Assembly: GCA_039804325.1 (NCBI GenBank)
Contig: JBDLWH010000274.1
Coordinates: 1 to 41,973, forward strand
DNA length: 41,973 nucleotides
From: Verrucomicrobiota bacterium
GTDB lineage: Bacteria > Verrucomicrobiota > Verrucomicrobiia > Verrucomicrobiales > Akkermansiaceae
Reading direction: 5' to 3'
The position numbers and the translations under genes were made by a program. The notes below the pieces were generated by a model. It saw only the letters and a program-made list of their open reading frames with translations. It ran no database searches and had not been told where the DNA came from. Shown here one piece after another: positions 28,649 through 38,838 of this stretch (position 1 is the first letter of the stretch; each line of letters starts with the position of its first letter).

Positions 28649-31459
28649 ATGAACCGCCTCTTCCTGCTCGACGGCATGGCCCTAATCTATCGGGCACATT
28701 TTGCCCTGATCCAAGCACCTATCCGTAACTCCAAAGGCGTTAACACTTCCGCTCTCCATGGTTTTATTAACACCCTGTTAGCGATTCTCGAAAAAGAACA
28801 ACCGTCCCACATCGGCGTCGCCTTCGACACCTCGGCCCCAACCCCGCGCCACCTGAAGTTCCCGGCCTACAAGGCGCAGCGCGTCGCCATGCCCGAGGAA
28901 CTCGCCGCGGCCATCCCACATATCAAACGACTTTGCCGCGCGTTCCACATCCCGGTGCTCGAACTCGAAGGCTTCGAGGCCGATGACATCATCGGCACGC
29001 TCGTCAAGCGGGCGGAACCCGCCGGATTTGAATCTTTCATGGTCACCCCAGACAAGGACTTCGCCCAGTTGATCTCTGACAAAACCTTCATGTGGAAACC
29101 CGGCCGCAAGGGCAGCGATCACGAAATCATCCGACTCGAAGACCTCCCCACCATCTGGGGCGTCAATGAACCCACCCAAATCATCGACTTGTTAGGTCTC
29201 ATGGGTGACGCCTCGGACAACATCCCTGGCGTCCCTGGCATCGGCCCAAAAACCGCTCAAAAGCTCATCGCGGATTTCGGGTCGATTCAAAACCTTCTCG
29301 CGCACACCGAGCAGATCAAAGGCAGGCCACGTGAACTCGTTGAAGCTCACTCCGATCAGGCACTGCTGAGCTATGACCTCGCCACCATCATCACCGATGT
29401 CCCGGTGGACGTGACATGGGATGACCTCGTCCTTTCACCGCGCGATGACGCCGCCCTCCATGCCCTGCTCCAAGAATTCGAATTACGCGCGCTCACCCGA
29501 CGCCTCTGGAACGACGCAGCCCCAGCAGCATCTAGCACACCGCTAGATGCGCGCCCCTCTCTCACAGACACACCCGCGCCCCCCGAAAACCGCCTCCTCA
29601 CGCTGCGCGACGTCGAGCACACCTATCACCTCGCCGACACCCCGGACCTCCAACAACAACTCATCGAGGCACTCACGCGACAAACCACATTTTGCTTCGA
29701 TATCGAAACCACCGGTCTCGACCGCTTTACTTCAAAACTGCTAGGCATCGCCTTTTCGTGGAGTGCCCATGAAGCATGGTATCTTCCGTTTGCGCAATCA
29801 TCACTCACCACCCTGCGCGCCATCTTCGCATCACCCGCAGAAAAAATCGGCCACAACCTGAAGTTCGATCTCTCCATCCTCCTCCATCACGGCATCGATG
29901 TGGTCGGCCCGTTTTTCGATACCATGCTCGCCGACTCGCTCGTCGCGCCCGATCGTCGTCACTCGATGGATTATCTCTCAGAAATCATCCTCCACTACAC
30001 ACCTGTCAAACTAGCGCAAATCGCATCACCGACAGCACCGACCAATCCATCAGATGATTTGTTTGACTTCGCGGGCAAATCCCAAGCCAGCAAAGAGCTC
30101 GATATGGCGGCCATCCCCATGGGCCAACTCGCCGAATATGCCGCCGAGGATGCCGACGTCACGTTTCAGCTTGCCACCAAATACCGAGCGCTTCTATCAG
30201 CTTCGGGGCAAGAACATATCTTCCATCAGATCGAGGGGCCGCTGCTGCCCGTGCTCGTTCGCATGGAGATGGAAGGCATCACCATTGACCCCGCCGCACT
30301 CATCCTCATCGGCGATGAACTCGAAATCCAAATCAATGAGCTCGCCCAATCGATCCACCACCACGCTCAGCGACCGTTCAATATCGCCTCCCCCAAACAA
30401 CTCGGTGACGTCCTCTTCAACCACCTCAACTTAGCAGACAAAGCCAAGAAAACCAAAACCGGGCAATACCGTACCGACGAGCAAACCCTCTCGACGCTAG
30501 AAGGCAAGCACCCCATCATCACCGACATCCTCTCGTGGCGCGAAGCCTCGAAACTCAAGTCCACCTATCTCGACGCTCTGCCAAACCACATCGTTCCGAC
30601 TACTGGCCGCGTTCACACCCATTTCCACCAACTGGCCGCTGCCACCGGCCGCCTCGCCTCGTCAGATCCCAACCTCCAAAACATACCAGTTAGGTCGATA
30701 GCTGGCCGTAAAATCCGTCAAGCCTTCGTTCCAAGATCATCGGATCTCGCGCATCAAGGATTTCAGATTTTGAGTTGTGACTATTCGCAGATTGAGTTGC
30801 GAGTCATGGCGGCCTTGGCCAACGACGCCACGATGATAGAGGCGTTTCGCAACCATGCCGACATTCACACGATCACAGCGGCTAAGGTGTTTGTCATCGA
30901 CCCCGAAGAGGTCACCCAGGACATGCGCCGAACCGCCAAAATGGTTAACTTCGGCATCATCTATGGCATCTCAGCCTTCGGACTCGCCCAGCGCCTCGCC
31001 ATCCCACGCGCCCAGGCTGCCGCCACTATCGACGCCTACTTTCGCGAATACCCGGCAATCCGCGAGTTCATGGATCGCACCATTGCCCAGGCCCGTGATC
31101 GCGGGTTTGTGGAAACGCTCACCGGGCGCCGCCGGTCATTTCCCGACCTCAACTCCGACAACCAGAACCTCCGGGGCAATGCCGAGCGCGCCGCCATCAA
31201 TACCCCCATCCAAGGCACTGCGGCCGACATGATCAAACTCGCCATGATCCGCATCGACTCCCTGCTACGCGCAAAACCCTATCAGTCGAGGATGCTCCTC
31301 CAAGTTCACGACGAACTCGTCTTCGACCTCGCACTAGACGAACGCGACGAACTCGTCCCCCAAATCCTCGACGCCATGATCCACGCCCTGCCGCTCCCTC
31401 ACGATGTGCCCATCGAAGTCGAGCACGGCACAGGCCCTAACTGGCTTGCCGCGCATTGA
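28649..31459 (+). CDS. polA: DNA polymerase I
   Basis: LFLLDGMALIYRAHFA, EADDIIGT, GDASDNIPGVPGIGPKTA, FDIETTG, TGRLASSDPNLQNIP, DYSQIELR, AKMVNFGIIYG, LLQVHDELVF. GGAG precedes ATG 28649. Confidence 0.98.
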   Translation: MNRLFLLDGMALIYRAHFALIQAPIRNSKGVNTSALHGFINTLLAILEKEQPSHIGVAFDTSAPTPRHLKFPAYKAQRVAMPEELAAAIPHIKRLCRAFHIPVLELEGFEADDIIGTLVKRAEPAGFESFMVTPDKDFAQLISDKTFMWKPGRKGSDHEIIRLEDLPTIWGVNEPTQIIDLLGLMGDASDNIPGVPGIGPKTAQKLIADFGSIQNLLAHTEQIKGRPRELVEAHSDQALLSYDLATIITDVPVDVTWDDLVLSPRDDAALHALLQEFELRALTRRLWNDAAPAASSTPLDARPSLTDTPAPPENRLLTLRDVEHTYHLADTPDLQQQLIEALTRQTTFCFDIETTGLDRFTSKLLGIAFSWSAHEAWYLPFAQSSLTTLRAIFASPAEKIGHNLKFDLSILLHHGIDVVGPFFDTMLADSLVAPDRRHSMDYLSEIILHYTPVKLAQIASPTAPTNPSDDLFDFAGKSQASKELDMAAIPMGQLAEYAAEDADVTFQLATKYRALLSASGQEHIFHQIEGPLLPVLVRMEMEGITIDPAALILIGDELEIQINELAQSIHHHAQRPFNIASPKQLGDVLFNHLNLADKAKKTKTGQYRTDEQTLSTLEGKHPIITDILSWREASKLKSTYLDALPNHIVPTTGRVHTHFHQLAAATGRLASSDPNLQNIPVRSIAGRKIRQAFVPRSSDLAHQGFQILSCDYSQIELRVMAALANDATMIEAFRNHADIHTITAAKVFVIDPEEVTQDMRRTAKMVNFGIIYGISAFGLAQRLAIPRAQAAATIDAYFREYPAIREFMDRTIAQARDRGFVETLTGRRRSFPDLNSDNQNLRGNAERAAINTPIQGTAADMIKLAMIRIDSLLRAKPYQSRMLLQVHDELVFDLALDERDELVPQILDAMIHALPLPHDVPIEVEHGTGPNWLAAH

Positions 31460-31464
31460 TTCAC

Positions 31465-31492
31465 CCCCCCCATTTCACGCGAAATGGGGGGG
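31465..31492. terminator. Hairpin between convergent polA and GH116 genes (possible bidirectional terminator)
   Basis: Perfect 12-bp stem CCCCCCCATTTC/GAAATGGGGGGG with an ACGC loop; no U-tract. Confidence 0.6.
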
Positions 31493-31517
31493 AAGGAACA
31501 GCACGGCACGCGGGTCG

Positions 31518-34500
31518 CTAGTCTAACCGCACACGATAGAACATGTGACTAGCTGAGGCTTTCGTTGAAGTGGTATCGCAATACGTGAGGTGACCGGCTT
31601 GACCTGCGAGATTGGTGGCAATGGGAGACCAGACACCCAGGGTGCTGCTGCGTTCGACGGTGAATGAGGTGCCCACCGCGCTTGGCCATGTCAGGAGCAC
31701 TTGGCCAAGCGCGTTGAGTGAAATCATCGGTTGGAAAAATTCGCTCCCGCTGAGCGGATTGGTGCCGAGGCGAGCCTCGACGCCATCGGGCGTGCCGTCG
31801 CCATCGGTGTCGGTGGCCGCCGGATTGGTGAGATTTCCGCGTGGGTCGGCCACCGTGGCGGGATCGTCGATACCACTGGTCTCCTCTAGGTTTGTTAGTC
31901 CATCACTATCCGTGTCAGTGGTAGCGGCTAGACTAGAGGTGAAGTGAATGATTTGGAACGTGTCGTTAACTGCGAGTGTTAGGTCGGCGGGCAAGGTGCA
32001 GCGCAGCGTGCTACCCGTCACGGTAAAGGTGGCGGCGGTAGTGGCACCGTTGTGTTTCGCCTGGGCTAAGAAACCGAGCGTGTTAGCCGGCAGGGCACAC
32101 TCAAATTTACGCAGTCGCAAGGAGCCGCGCTTGAGGGTGATGGTTTCGGTGGATTGTTGGCCGACCTTGGTCCGTTGGTAGCTCCCCCACCCTTGGGCGG
32201 CGGTGAAGGCGGATTTGAAGGCATCCGCATTGAGCACGGGCGCAAACCCTAACAATCCGGTTGGTCCATTATGGCGGAAGCCGCTCGCGGTGATCAGCGC
32301 GCCGTAGCTCGACATTGCCCGGGCATAGTGGTCGGAGCACTCGATTTCGTTGTAGGGATTACGCTTGGCGGGGTGATACCGGTCAGAGACGGCGCGGATG
32401 ATGGACAACCCTTCATCTAGCAACCCTTCCGCTAGACAATGCGCGCCTACCTGATATTCGAAGCCGCTCATGCACTCGGCAAAATACATGCTCTGCCAGT
32501 CACTCCATTCCGGTTGCTTGCCGTCGTTGGGAAAGGTGCAAATCAGCAAGCCGGCATCACCCGCCATTTGAAAGATCCGGCCTTGATATAACTCGGCGGA
32601 GGAAAGGAAATTCTTCAGGTTATGGGAATAATTGAAGCGCCAGATACTGCGCAGGGCGGCGCGGGCTTGGGTGGAATCGGTCACTCGTTCGAGGCCGATC
32701 ATGCGGGTATAGAATTCACCCATCACCTGATCAATATAACATCCTTCGGCATGGCCGAGTTCGCCGATGTTGGCGGCTATTTGCTGGGTGAAGTAGCCCT
32801 CGCCGTAATCCGGAGTGCTCACAAAGCGCTCGGATAGGCGCGCCATCGCAGCCGTGCCCAAGGTGTCGCAAGTGGCGGCATAGCTGGTGTTGCCCATGAC
32901 GGTGGCCATTTCGCGGCCCGCCTTGAGAGCAGCTGCGTAGAGGCCGATGTGCTCAGGCACGCGGCCATACCAATCGGCGTCGAGCGTGTTGTGCTGGCGT
33001 CCCTCGCTGACCCCATCGTTGTTGCCGTCTTGGCCGATGAGGAAATCCAAGGTCTTCTTGATGTTGGTCCAGTTGGTCGTTAGAAACGCATTATCGACGC
33101 TGCCGAGGTGCTCGCGATAACAGCGGAGGACCACGCCGCACTGGCCGTCCCATGCCCAGTCGCGGCCCTCGTATTCGCCACGGTATCCTACCGAGCCATC
33201 GCTGTTGAGGCCGATGGCCGTGTTGAGATCCACATTCTGCCGCAGCCCGCGCTCCAGATCGGGAAACAAGCGCGCAATCGACTGGGCGTAATACCAAACA
33301 TGGCCACAGGTGCCCGGGCAGCAGTTGATTCCTTCGTTGCCGTAAAACCGGCCGGTGGTGAACAAGAAACAATTAGCCGTGGCCAAGGTACACGAGGTGG
33401 CGAGCGCGCGATCTAACAACCAATGCGGCAGTGAGGAGTCTTTCCAGGTATCCACCCAGAGGCGGGTGTCGCCAGCCAAACGAGTGAAGTTCGTTGACAC
33501 ATAGTCGGCGACGGCAAAGGCGTCGGCGAATCGATTGAGGTATTCGCGACGGTTGCCAGGCAGGTCACTCGGGAGAATAGGGAAATGCCAAGCGACCACA
33601 AAGCGCACCGTCGCCACCGCGCCGGGTGCGAGCGTGAGAGTGCGGCCGATGCCACCGGTATCAGGGGATTTGCCGGTGAGCCATGGCAGCGCAGTGGATA
33701 GATTGTTAGCCGCTGAGATACGGCCGCTAGCAGCACCGAGCTCGGCAATGCCGATAGTCCCGCTATCAATACTCGCGGTGAAATCCGTGGTCAGGGATGG
33801 CGCGATCGGATTGGTGCTGAAGACAATTTGGTCAATGCCGACATTTCCCCACTCGCCGGTGCCGAGGTCCTCGACCGAGAGCCTAACCGACTGGCCGCGA
33901 TAGGCGCGGACGTCGAAGGTTCGCCAGGCCATGGTGCTGGTGTTATTGCCGGTTTGAATCAAGAGTTGGCTGTTATCGCTAGCTTTGAGCAGGCGAACAC
34001 GCTCAAGCGCGGAATTGTTGCCACCGCCTTGCAGAAAATGAATATACCCGTGAGTGACCGTGAAATCCGGACTCACCAAAGTGCCGATTGGCACATCCTT
34101 GCCGTCAATGGTAATCCCCGGCGCGCTGGCGTGCGAGTTCACCACCCGCGTGCCAAATCCTTTGACGTCGCCCTGATAGCCCGGGATGTCCGTGATCAGG
34201 ATGGGCCCGCTGCCAAATGCCGTGCCGGTCGTCGTCCACGGCGCATAGGCGGCTCGCTCGAAATCGTCATAGACGACGTATTCCGGTGCCGATGGTTTAT
34301 CGCTGAAGCAGACATGGTCGAAACCGAGCTGACCCCAGGAACCGGAACTGCTATCCTCGACGACGATTTTCACCGAGCGCCCTAACAAGGCGCTCACATC
34401 CCAAATCCGCCATTTCATGGTGCTGGCGCTGGACGTGTTCGTCGCAACCAGCAGTTGCGCATTCGTGATCGCATCCAACAGCCGAACTTGAATCCCGCTC

Positions 34501-35660
34501 ACCGCACCACCACCTAACAAGAAATGAATGAAGTTTTTGGCAATCGTAAAGGCCGGACTCGTGAGCGTGCCGGTGCCACTATCACCACCCGAAGCAAGCC
34601 AGGTATTAACGAACTTGCTACCGACAGCCCGCACGTCCCTGAGATCGGGGTTCTCGTCAGTCGGTGGCGGGACCGCCGATGGGCCGCTGCCAAAGCCCGT
34701 GCCAGTCGTCAGCCAGGGGGCGTAGGTTGAGCCCTCGAAACTCGCAAACACCTCGTAGTCGGTGGCATAGGTCATGGCCGAGATCGCCGAGGCCTCGGCG
34801 CGGCATTCGAGAAAGGCGCAACTGCTAGCGTCGCGGATCTGGTTGACGCGGGACATGCCCACGGGCAGGCCAGTATCGAGCCGCACTGGGTTTTGCATCC
34901 ACCCGAGCACGGTGGCATCCACCGTCACCCCGCTAGAGTTTGTTAGAGTGTATTCCATCACCGTGGCCGGCAGAACCGAGTCGGGTGTGTTGAGCGGAAT
35001 AAAGATCGGATGCGCACACAATTCCACTTTCAGCGGGCACGCGGCATCGGCATAATTCACCCGCGCTAACGGATAGCTGCCACGGAAGGAAATATCTGAA
35101 AACCCATTATGATCGAGGGTTTTGACGGCGGTCACGTTGTTAGCAACGGTGCGTAGAACAAACCCTTGGTCAAACGGAAATGGCTTCTCGTCGATGGGTG
35201 GGCTGGCATTCCAGACATCAATAGGCGCGAAATAGTTAGCCCCGTCGCCGCAACCTTTGTTACCGCTGGTAGTCCCGCTGGGGTGCGTATAGTAGCGGGA
35301 GCGTGGCCGGATGCCCATGCCGTCCTTGTGCCAGACATCCCACAACCACAGGCGGCCGTCGCCACCCAGATAGAGCGTGCCGCACGCAATCCCACCCACC
35401 GGCATGCCGATGTAGCGGAGTTGGTTAGCCGCCTTGGTCAAGGTCGGCTCACTGGTTTCACGGTTACGCAGCCCAGCCAACCAGGTGGCATCGATCCCTT
35501 TTGCCGCGGCCGTCGCCCCTTCCGGCACCAAACTGCGATACAGCGCCCCTTGGGTGCCGTAGGCAAAACTAATAGATGGGCGACCCCAGGTTGCCGCAAA
35601 TGCGGCAGAACCAAGGCTGAGTTTGAGAAACCGGCGGCGGTCTAGAGATGACGCAGACAT
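31518..35660 (-). CDS. Tat-exported GH116 family glycoside hydrolase with two inserted tandem beta-sandwich modules, DxDxDG Ca-binding repeats and a C-terminal 'LTW..FYRV' domain
   Basis: DRRRFLK; IGMPVGGIACGTLYLGGDGRLWLWD; EGINCCPGTCGHVWYYAQ; HNTLD; NPYNEIECSDHYARAMSSY; DTDSDG/DTDGDG. Confidence 0.85.
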   Translation of the reverse strand: MSASSLDRRRFLKLSLGSAAFAATWGRPSISFAYGTQGALYRSLVPEGATAAAKGIDATWLAGLRNRETSEPTLTKAANQLRYIGMPVGGIACGTLYLGGDGRLWLWDVWHKDGMGIRPRSRYYTHPSGTTSGNKGCGDGANYFAPIDVWNASPPIDEKPFPFDQGFVLRTVANNVTAVKTLDHNGFSDISFRGSYPLARVNYADAACPLKVELCAHPIFIPLNTPDSVLPATVMEYTLTNSSGVTVDATVLGWMQNPVRLDTGLPVGMSRVNQIRDASSCAFLECRAEASAISAMTYATDYEVFASFEGSTYAPWLTTGTGFGSGPSAVPPPTDENPDLRDVRAVGSKFVNTWLASGGDSGTGTLTSPAFTIAKNFIHFLLGGGAVSGIQVRLLDAITNAQLLVATNTSSASTMKWRIWDVSALLGRSVKIVVEDSSSGSWGQLGFDHVCFSDKPSAPEYVVYDDFERAAYAPWTTTGTAFGSGPILITDIPGYQGDVKGFGTRVVNSHASAPGITIDGKDVPIGTLVSPDFTVTHGYIHFLQGGGNNSALERVRLLKASDNSQLLIQTGNNTSTMAWRTFDVRAYRGQSVRLSVEDLGTGEWGNVGIDQIVFSTNPIAPSLTTDFTASIDSGTIGIAELGAASGRISAANNLSTALPWLTGKSPDTGGIGRTLTLAPGAVATVRFVVAWHFPILPSDLPGNRREYLNRFADAFAVADYVSTNFTRLAGDTRLWVDTWKDSSLPHWLLDRALATSCTLATANCFLFTTGRFYGNEGINCCPGTCGHVWYYAQSIARLFPDLERGLRQNVDLNTAIGLNSDGSVGYRGEYEGRDWAWDGQCGVVLRCYREHLGSVDNAFLTTNWTNIKKTLDFLIGQDGNNDGVSEGRQHNTLDADWYGRVPEHIGLYAAALKAGREMATVMGNTSYAATCDTLGTAAMARLSERFVSTPDYGEGYFTQQIAANIGELGHAEGCYIDQVMGEFYTRMIGLERVTDSTQARAALRSIWRFNYSHNLKNFLSSAELYQGRIFQMAGDAGLLICTFPNDGKQPEWSDWQSMYFAECMSGFEYQVGAHCLAEGLLDEGLSIIRAVSDRYHPAKRNPYNEIECSDHYARAMSSYGALITASGFRHNGPTGLLGFAPVLNADAFKSAFTAAQGWGSYQRTKVGQQSTETITLKRGSLRLRKFECALPANTLGFLAQAKHNGATTAATFTVTGSTLRCTLPADLTLAVNDTFQIIHFTSSLAATTDTDSDGLTNLEETSGIDDPATVADPRGNLTNPAATDTDGDGTPDGVEARLGTNPLSGSEFFQPMISLNALGQVLLTWPSAVGTSFTVERSSTLGVWSPIATNLAGQAGHLTYCDTTSTKASASHMFYRVRLD

Positions 35661-35702
35661 GGGGGTGGTGCTAAATGGGTTTGAAGCGTTAAAATACGTA
35701 GA

Positions 35703-38700
35703 TCAAATCAGGGAAGCAACTCCACCCGATAGAACGCGCTGGCCACCACTGGCACGCAGCGGCTTGGTACGCAGCGGCTTGGCGGGCAGCGGCTTGGCGG
35801 GTCGAGGCTTGGCGGGCAGGCTCAACGTGATGTCGTCGAGCACCGCCCGGGTGATGTCGCCGGCGTGGGCACACCGAAAATTAACAGAAAACGCTAGCGG
35901 GATTCCGCTGTTAGGCAGGCCACGGGCAATGGTGAACGAGCCGCTCCATACCGTCGATGCCCCTTTCGCGTTAGTGCCATCGAGTCCGAGATAGACGTCT
36001 GCGGTGACACCTGCTGCGGTCGCCTGGGCTTGAGTGCCGGTATAGAGCACGGTCTTGGCGAGGTATTCCCAGGAGCCTTGGTTTTGAAAGCCGATATCGA
36101 CTAAGCCGTGGGTAGGCGGGCCGCTCGAAATGGCCAGCACGCCGACGCGGGCGCTGACAGCCATCAATTGACCCGCGATTTCGCTAGCCGTCAGCGGATT
36201 GTGGCCAATACCGCCACTTGATATGCCTACGACCGGTTGCCAAAACCAACTGTAGCCGGCGCTCACGCTGGAATCGACAAAGATCACCCCGACCTGGCTG
36301 GCCGCGCCTTGGGTGTTTGCATACGATGGCACACTGGTGGTTTCGACGGTTAGGGTGCCAGGTGAGCGGGTCCATCCGGTGAGGTCATCCGCTACACCCG
36401 CTGGCACGTCGTATTGTTCGAAGTCGCCGTTTACTAGCGGATCGATGACCAACTGATCGTTTACTACCGGATCTTTCACCAGAGGATCTTTCACCACCTG
36501 GGTCGTCGCTGGCCCCGCAGTGGCAGAAACTTTCAGGTCAAACGAGCCCCCCGCTGGAAGCTCAAATGGACCCGGAAACGGATTACTCGGGTTTCTAGCC
36601 ACACCGAGGTAGTCACTATCTAACTGATAAGCCGATGTATCCGCCTGCTCATACGGCAATTTCGATACCGCGGCACAGCCGAGCAACGCGGTGGTGACGA
36701 GCGATCGGCTCGGCGAATTCGCCCATTCAGGGTCGAGGGCGATGTGCAGCAAGTAACCGCTAGGCGTCGCGGACAACTTGAGCGCCGGATTGAATCCAGA
36801 ATTGTTCACTAGGTTGACATCCTGGCTCGAGGATGCCGCGCCATTGACAAAAACATTGCCGTTCATCTGCATCGGCCGACCGGGCGCATTGTAGCCCACC
36901 AGCCCAGCCCCCGCATTCACAAATAGATTGTTATAGAACCGATCGTCCCCGCCCGTGACGCTGGAGGCCCCGGCGATGGCGGTCGAGTGAGCTTGGTGGA
37001 ATGGCGTGACTCGGTCTTGCGGCAGGGAGACCGACATTCTACCCGCAAACAAGTTATGAGCATAGGTACCGCCTTCAGACCAATCTTGGATTGAGACGGC
37101 GGACAAGAAGAGGTTGTGATCGACGAGGAAGGGTCCGTGGTTGACCTCGAGCCAGAGGTCATGATCCGAGCAATCATGAAAGAGGTTATTGGTGATGCGC
37201 GTGCCTTGGGTCATCCAATCGAGCCACATCCCACGATGGCAACGGAAAATGTGGTTGCCGCCAATGACGGTATCGATGGCACCGTGGAATTTGATTCCTG
37301 CCATTTCATGACCGGAGAATAATTTACGGACGTGAATATCGTGAACGTTGTTGCCTGTGATCGTGCTGAACGCCACGCCTAAACTGCCGACGATGCCGGC
37401 CTGTTCACAGTGCGAAACGTCGTTGTTACGCACCACGTGGCTGCCGATATGCTCTTGGTTCCAACCGATAGCCAGCGCTCGATTCACGGTTTCCACATAG
37501 CCGGTGTCCGTGTCCGCCGAGGTGTTATCATACTCGTCGCCGTATTTCCCAAGACTCACCCCACTGCATGTCGCATAACGGATGTTGTTATTTTCGATGA
37601 TCCAGCCCTTGCTCCAATGTGGACCGATCACGCCAATCTGCTCAGCCGTTGGTGGTGCCCACGGGGTAGCCGCTTGTTCCATGGTGAATCCGCGCACGGT
37701 GATGAAGTTGATACCGGGCTTGTCCGGGTAAAATACCGACTGACGCACGTTGACTTCGACGCTGGCCGCGTTCGGGTTTACCCCTTTGAACTGTGCCCAA
37801 ATCCGCGTGCTGTCCGTGCCCACCAGCGTCGGCTTGAAAACCAAGCACAACGTGTGCAAGCCGCTCGTTGGCGTGATGTCCGCCGTGACCGTCTGCCAAG
37901 TTTGCCAACCGCCGGTGCTCGCGACAGAACCCGAGCCTAACAACGGGCCATCACGCGAATCTAACCGCAACTCAATCCGCCCGCCACCCGAGCCAGAGGC
38001 GACCCGGAAGGCAAATTGGTTGGCGTTGGTGCCGAAATTGAAATCCTCGTAGCGCACCCAATCGTAGCTATCGAGGCAGGTGAGCGTTTTTTCCCCTTCC
38101 GATGAGGCGGCGAGTTGCACCCCATATTGTGACGTGTAGCGGGTCGCCGCGATGGCAGCGCCGTCTGTCGGACCTGGCAGCGGGCGCAGTAACGAAAGAT
38201 TCATCAACGGACCGGGGGATGCGCCATCGACCTCGGCAAACCACAGCGGCGTGGCACCCGTTGCATTCAAAACCGCCGCTTTACCCGCCGATTCCGTGAG
38301 CCACTGGCCATTGAGGTAAACGGCGCCGGTGTGGTGAGAGCGACCGTTAGAAACAAACCAATCGCCGCGGACCAGGTCACCGAAAGGATTGAATCCCCCA
38401 AACCCTTTGTTAGGTAGAGTTGCCAGCCAAGTATCATTTTTGACACGTGTCCATCGAGTCACGGCATTTGAGCCTTTGATGACGGCCAACTCGCCGGGAG
38501 CCGCCTGATAGACTATCCGTTGGGTTTCGCTGGTTCCGCCGCGCGGAGGATTCACCCGTTCGCGGTAAACCCCGGCATGCACCGTGATCGTGTCACCCGG
38601 CTGGGCGCGCTTCGCCGCTTCACCTATCGTGCGCAACCTCGCTTCCGCCGTGCCCACATTGCCATCGGACCCACCCTGCGAAACATGAAATTCCGTCGCG

Positions 38701-38810
38701 CTGACGACCCCGGCCATGCCCAAGGCCAGCGCCCCAACCCATCGCCCCGCGAAACGCGACATGATCGCAGCCGGGGACCAGGCGTGCGATCGCAAGTTTG
38801 AATGAGGCAT
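35703..38810 (-). CDS. Secreted right-handed beta-helix glycosidase, GH120 (beta-xylosidase)-like, with an inserted CBM6 and an extra C-terminal domain
   Basis: AQPGDTITVHAGVYRERVNPPRGG, AATPWAPPTAEQIG..GPHWSKGWIIENN, IGSHVVRNN..CEQAGIVG, EMAGIKFHGAID, WLDWMTQG; CBM6-like IELRLDS..G..STGGWQTWQT. Start is 38810 or 38762. Confidence 0.8.
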   Translation of the reverse strand: MPHSNLRSHAWSPAAIMSRFAGRWVGALALGMAGVVSATEFHVSQGGSDGNVGTAEARLRTIGEAAKRAQPGDTITVHAGVYRERVNPPRGGTSETQRIVYQAAPGELAVIKGSNAVTRWTRVKNDTWLATLPNKGFGGFNPFGDLVRGDWFVSNGRSHHTGAVYLNGQWLTESAGKAAVLNATGATPLWFAEVDGASPGPLMNLSLLRPLPGPTDGAAIAATRYTSQYGVQLAASSEGEKTLTCLDSYDWVRYEDFNFGTNANQFAFRVASGSGGGRIELRLDSRDGPLLGSGSVASTGGWQTWQTVTADITPTSGLHTLCLVFKPTLVGTDSTRIWAQFKGVNPNAASVEVNVRQSVFYPDKPGINFITVRGFTMEQAATPWAPPTAEQIGVIGPHWSKGWIIENNNIRYATCSGVSLGKYGDEYDNTSADTDTGYVETVNRALAIGWNQEHIGSHVVRNNDVSHCEQAGIVGSLGVAFSTITGNNVHDIHVRKLFSGHEMAGIKFHGAIDTVIGGNHIFRCHRGMWLDWMTQGTRITNNLFHDCSDHDLWLEVNHGPFLVDHNLFLSAVSIQDWSEGGTYAHNLFAGRMSVSLPQDRVTPFHQAHSTAIAGASSVTGGDDRFYNNLFVNAGAGLVGYNAPGRPMQMNGNVFVNGAASSSQDVNLVNNSGFNPALKLSATPSGYLLHIALDPEWANSPSRSLVTTALLGCAAVSKLPYEQADTSAYQLDSDYLGVARNPSNPFPGPFELPAGGSFDLKVSATAGPATTQVVKDPLVKDPVVNDQLVIDPLVNGDFEQYDVPAGVADDLTGWTRSPGTLTVETTSVPSYANTQGAASQVGVIFVDSSVSAGYSWFWQPVVGISSGGIGHNPLTASEIAGQLMAVSARVGVLAISSGPPTHGLVDIGFQNQGSWEYLAKTVLYTGTQAQATAAGVTADVYLGLDGTNAKGASTVWSGSFTIARGLPNSGIPLAFSVNFRCAHAGDITRAVLDDITLSLPAKPRPAKPLPAKPLRTKPLRASGGQRVLSGGVASLI
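35756..35819 (-). repeat. 15-bp coding tandem repeat (~4 units; LPAKP-type)
   Basis: + strand units GCAGCGGCTTGGTAC, GCAGCGGCTTGGCGG x2, GTCGAGGCTTGGCGG. Confidence 0.85.
36431..36497 (-). repeat. 15-bp coding tandem repeat (~4.5 units; LVKDP-type)
   Basis: Encodes VVKDPLVKDPVVNDQLVIDPLVN; GATC recurs every 15 nt. Confidence 0.8.
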
Positions 38811-38838
38811 GATTTCGGGTTGAAATGGGAATGATCTT

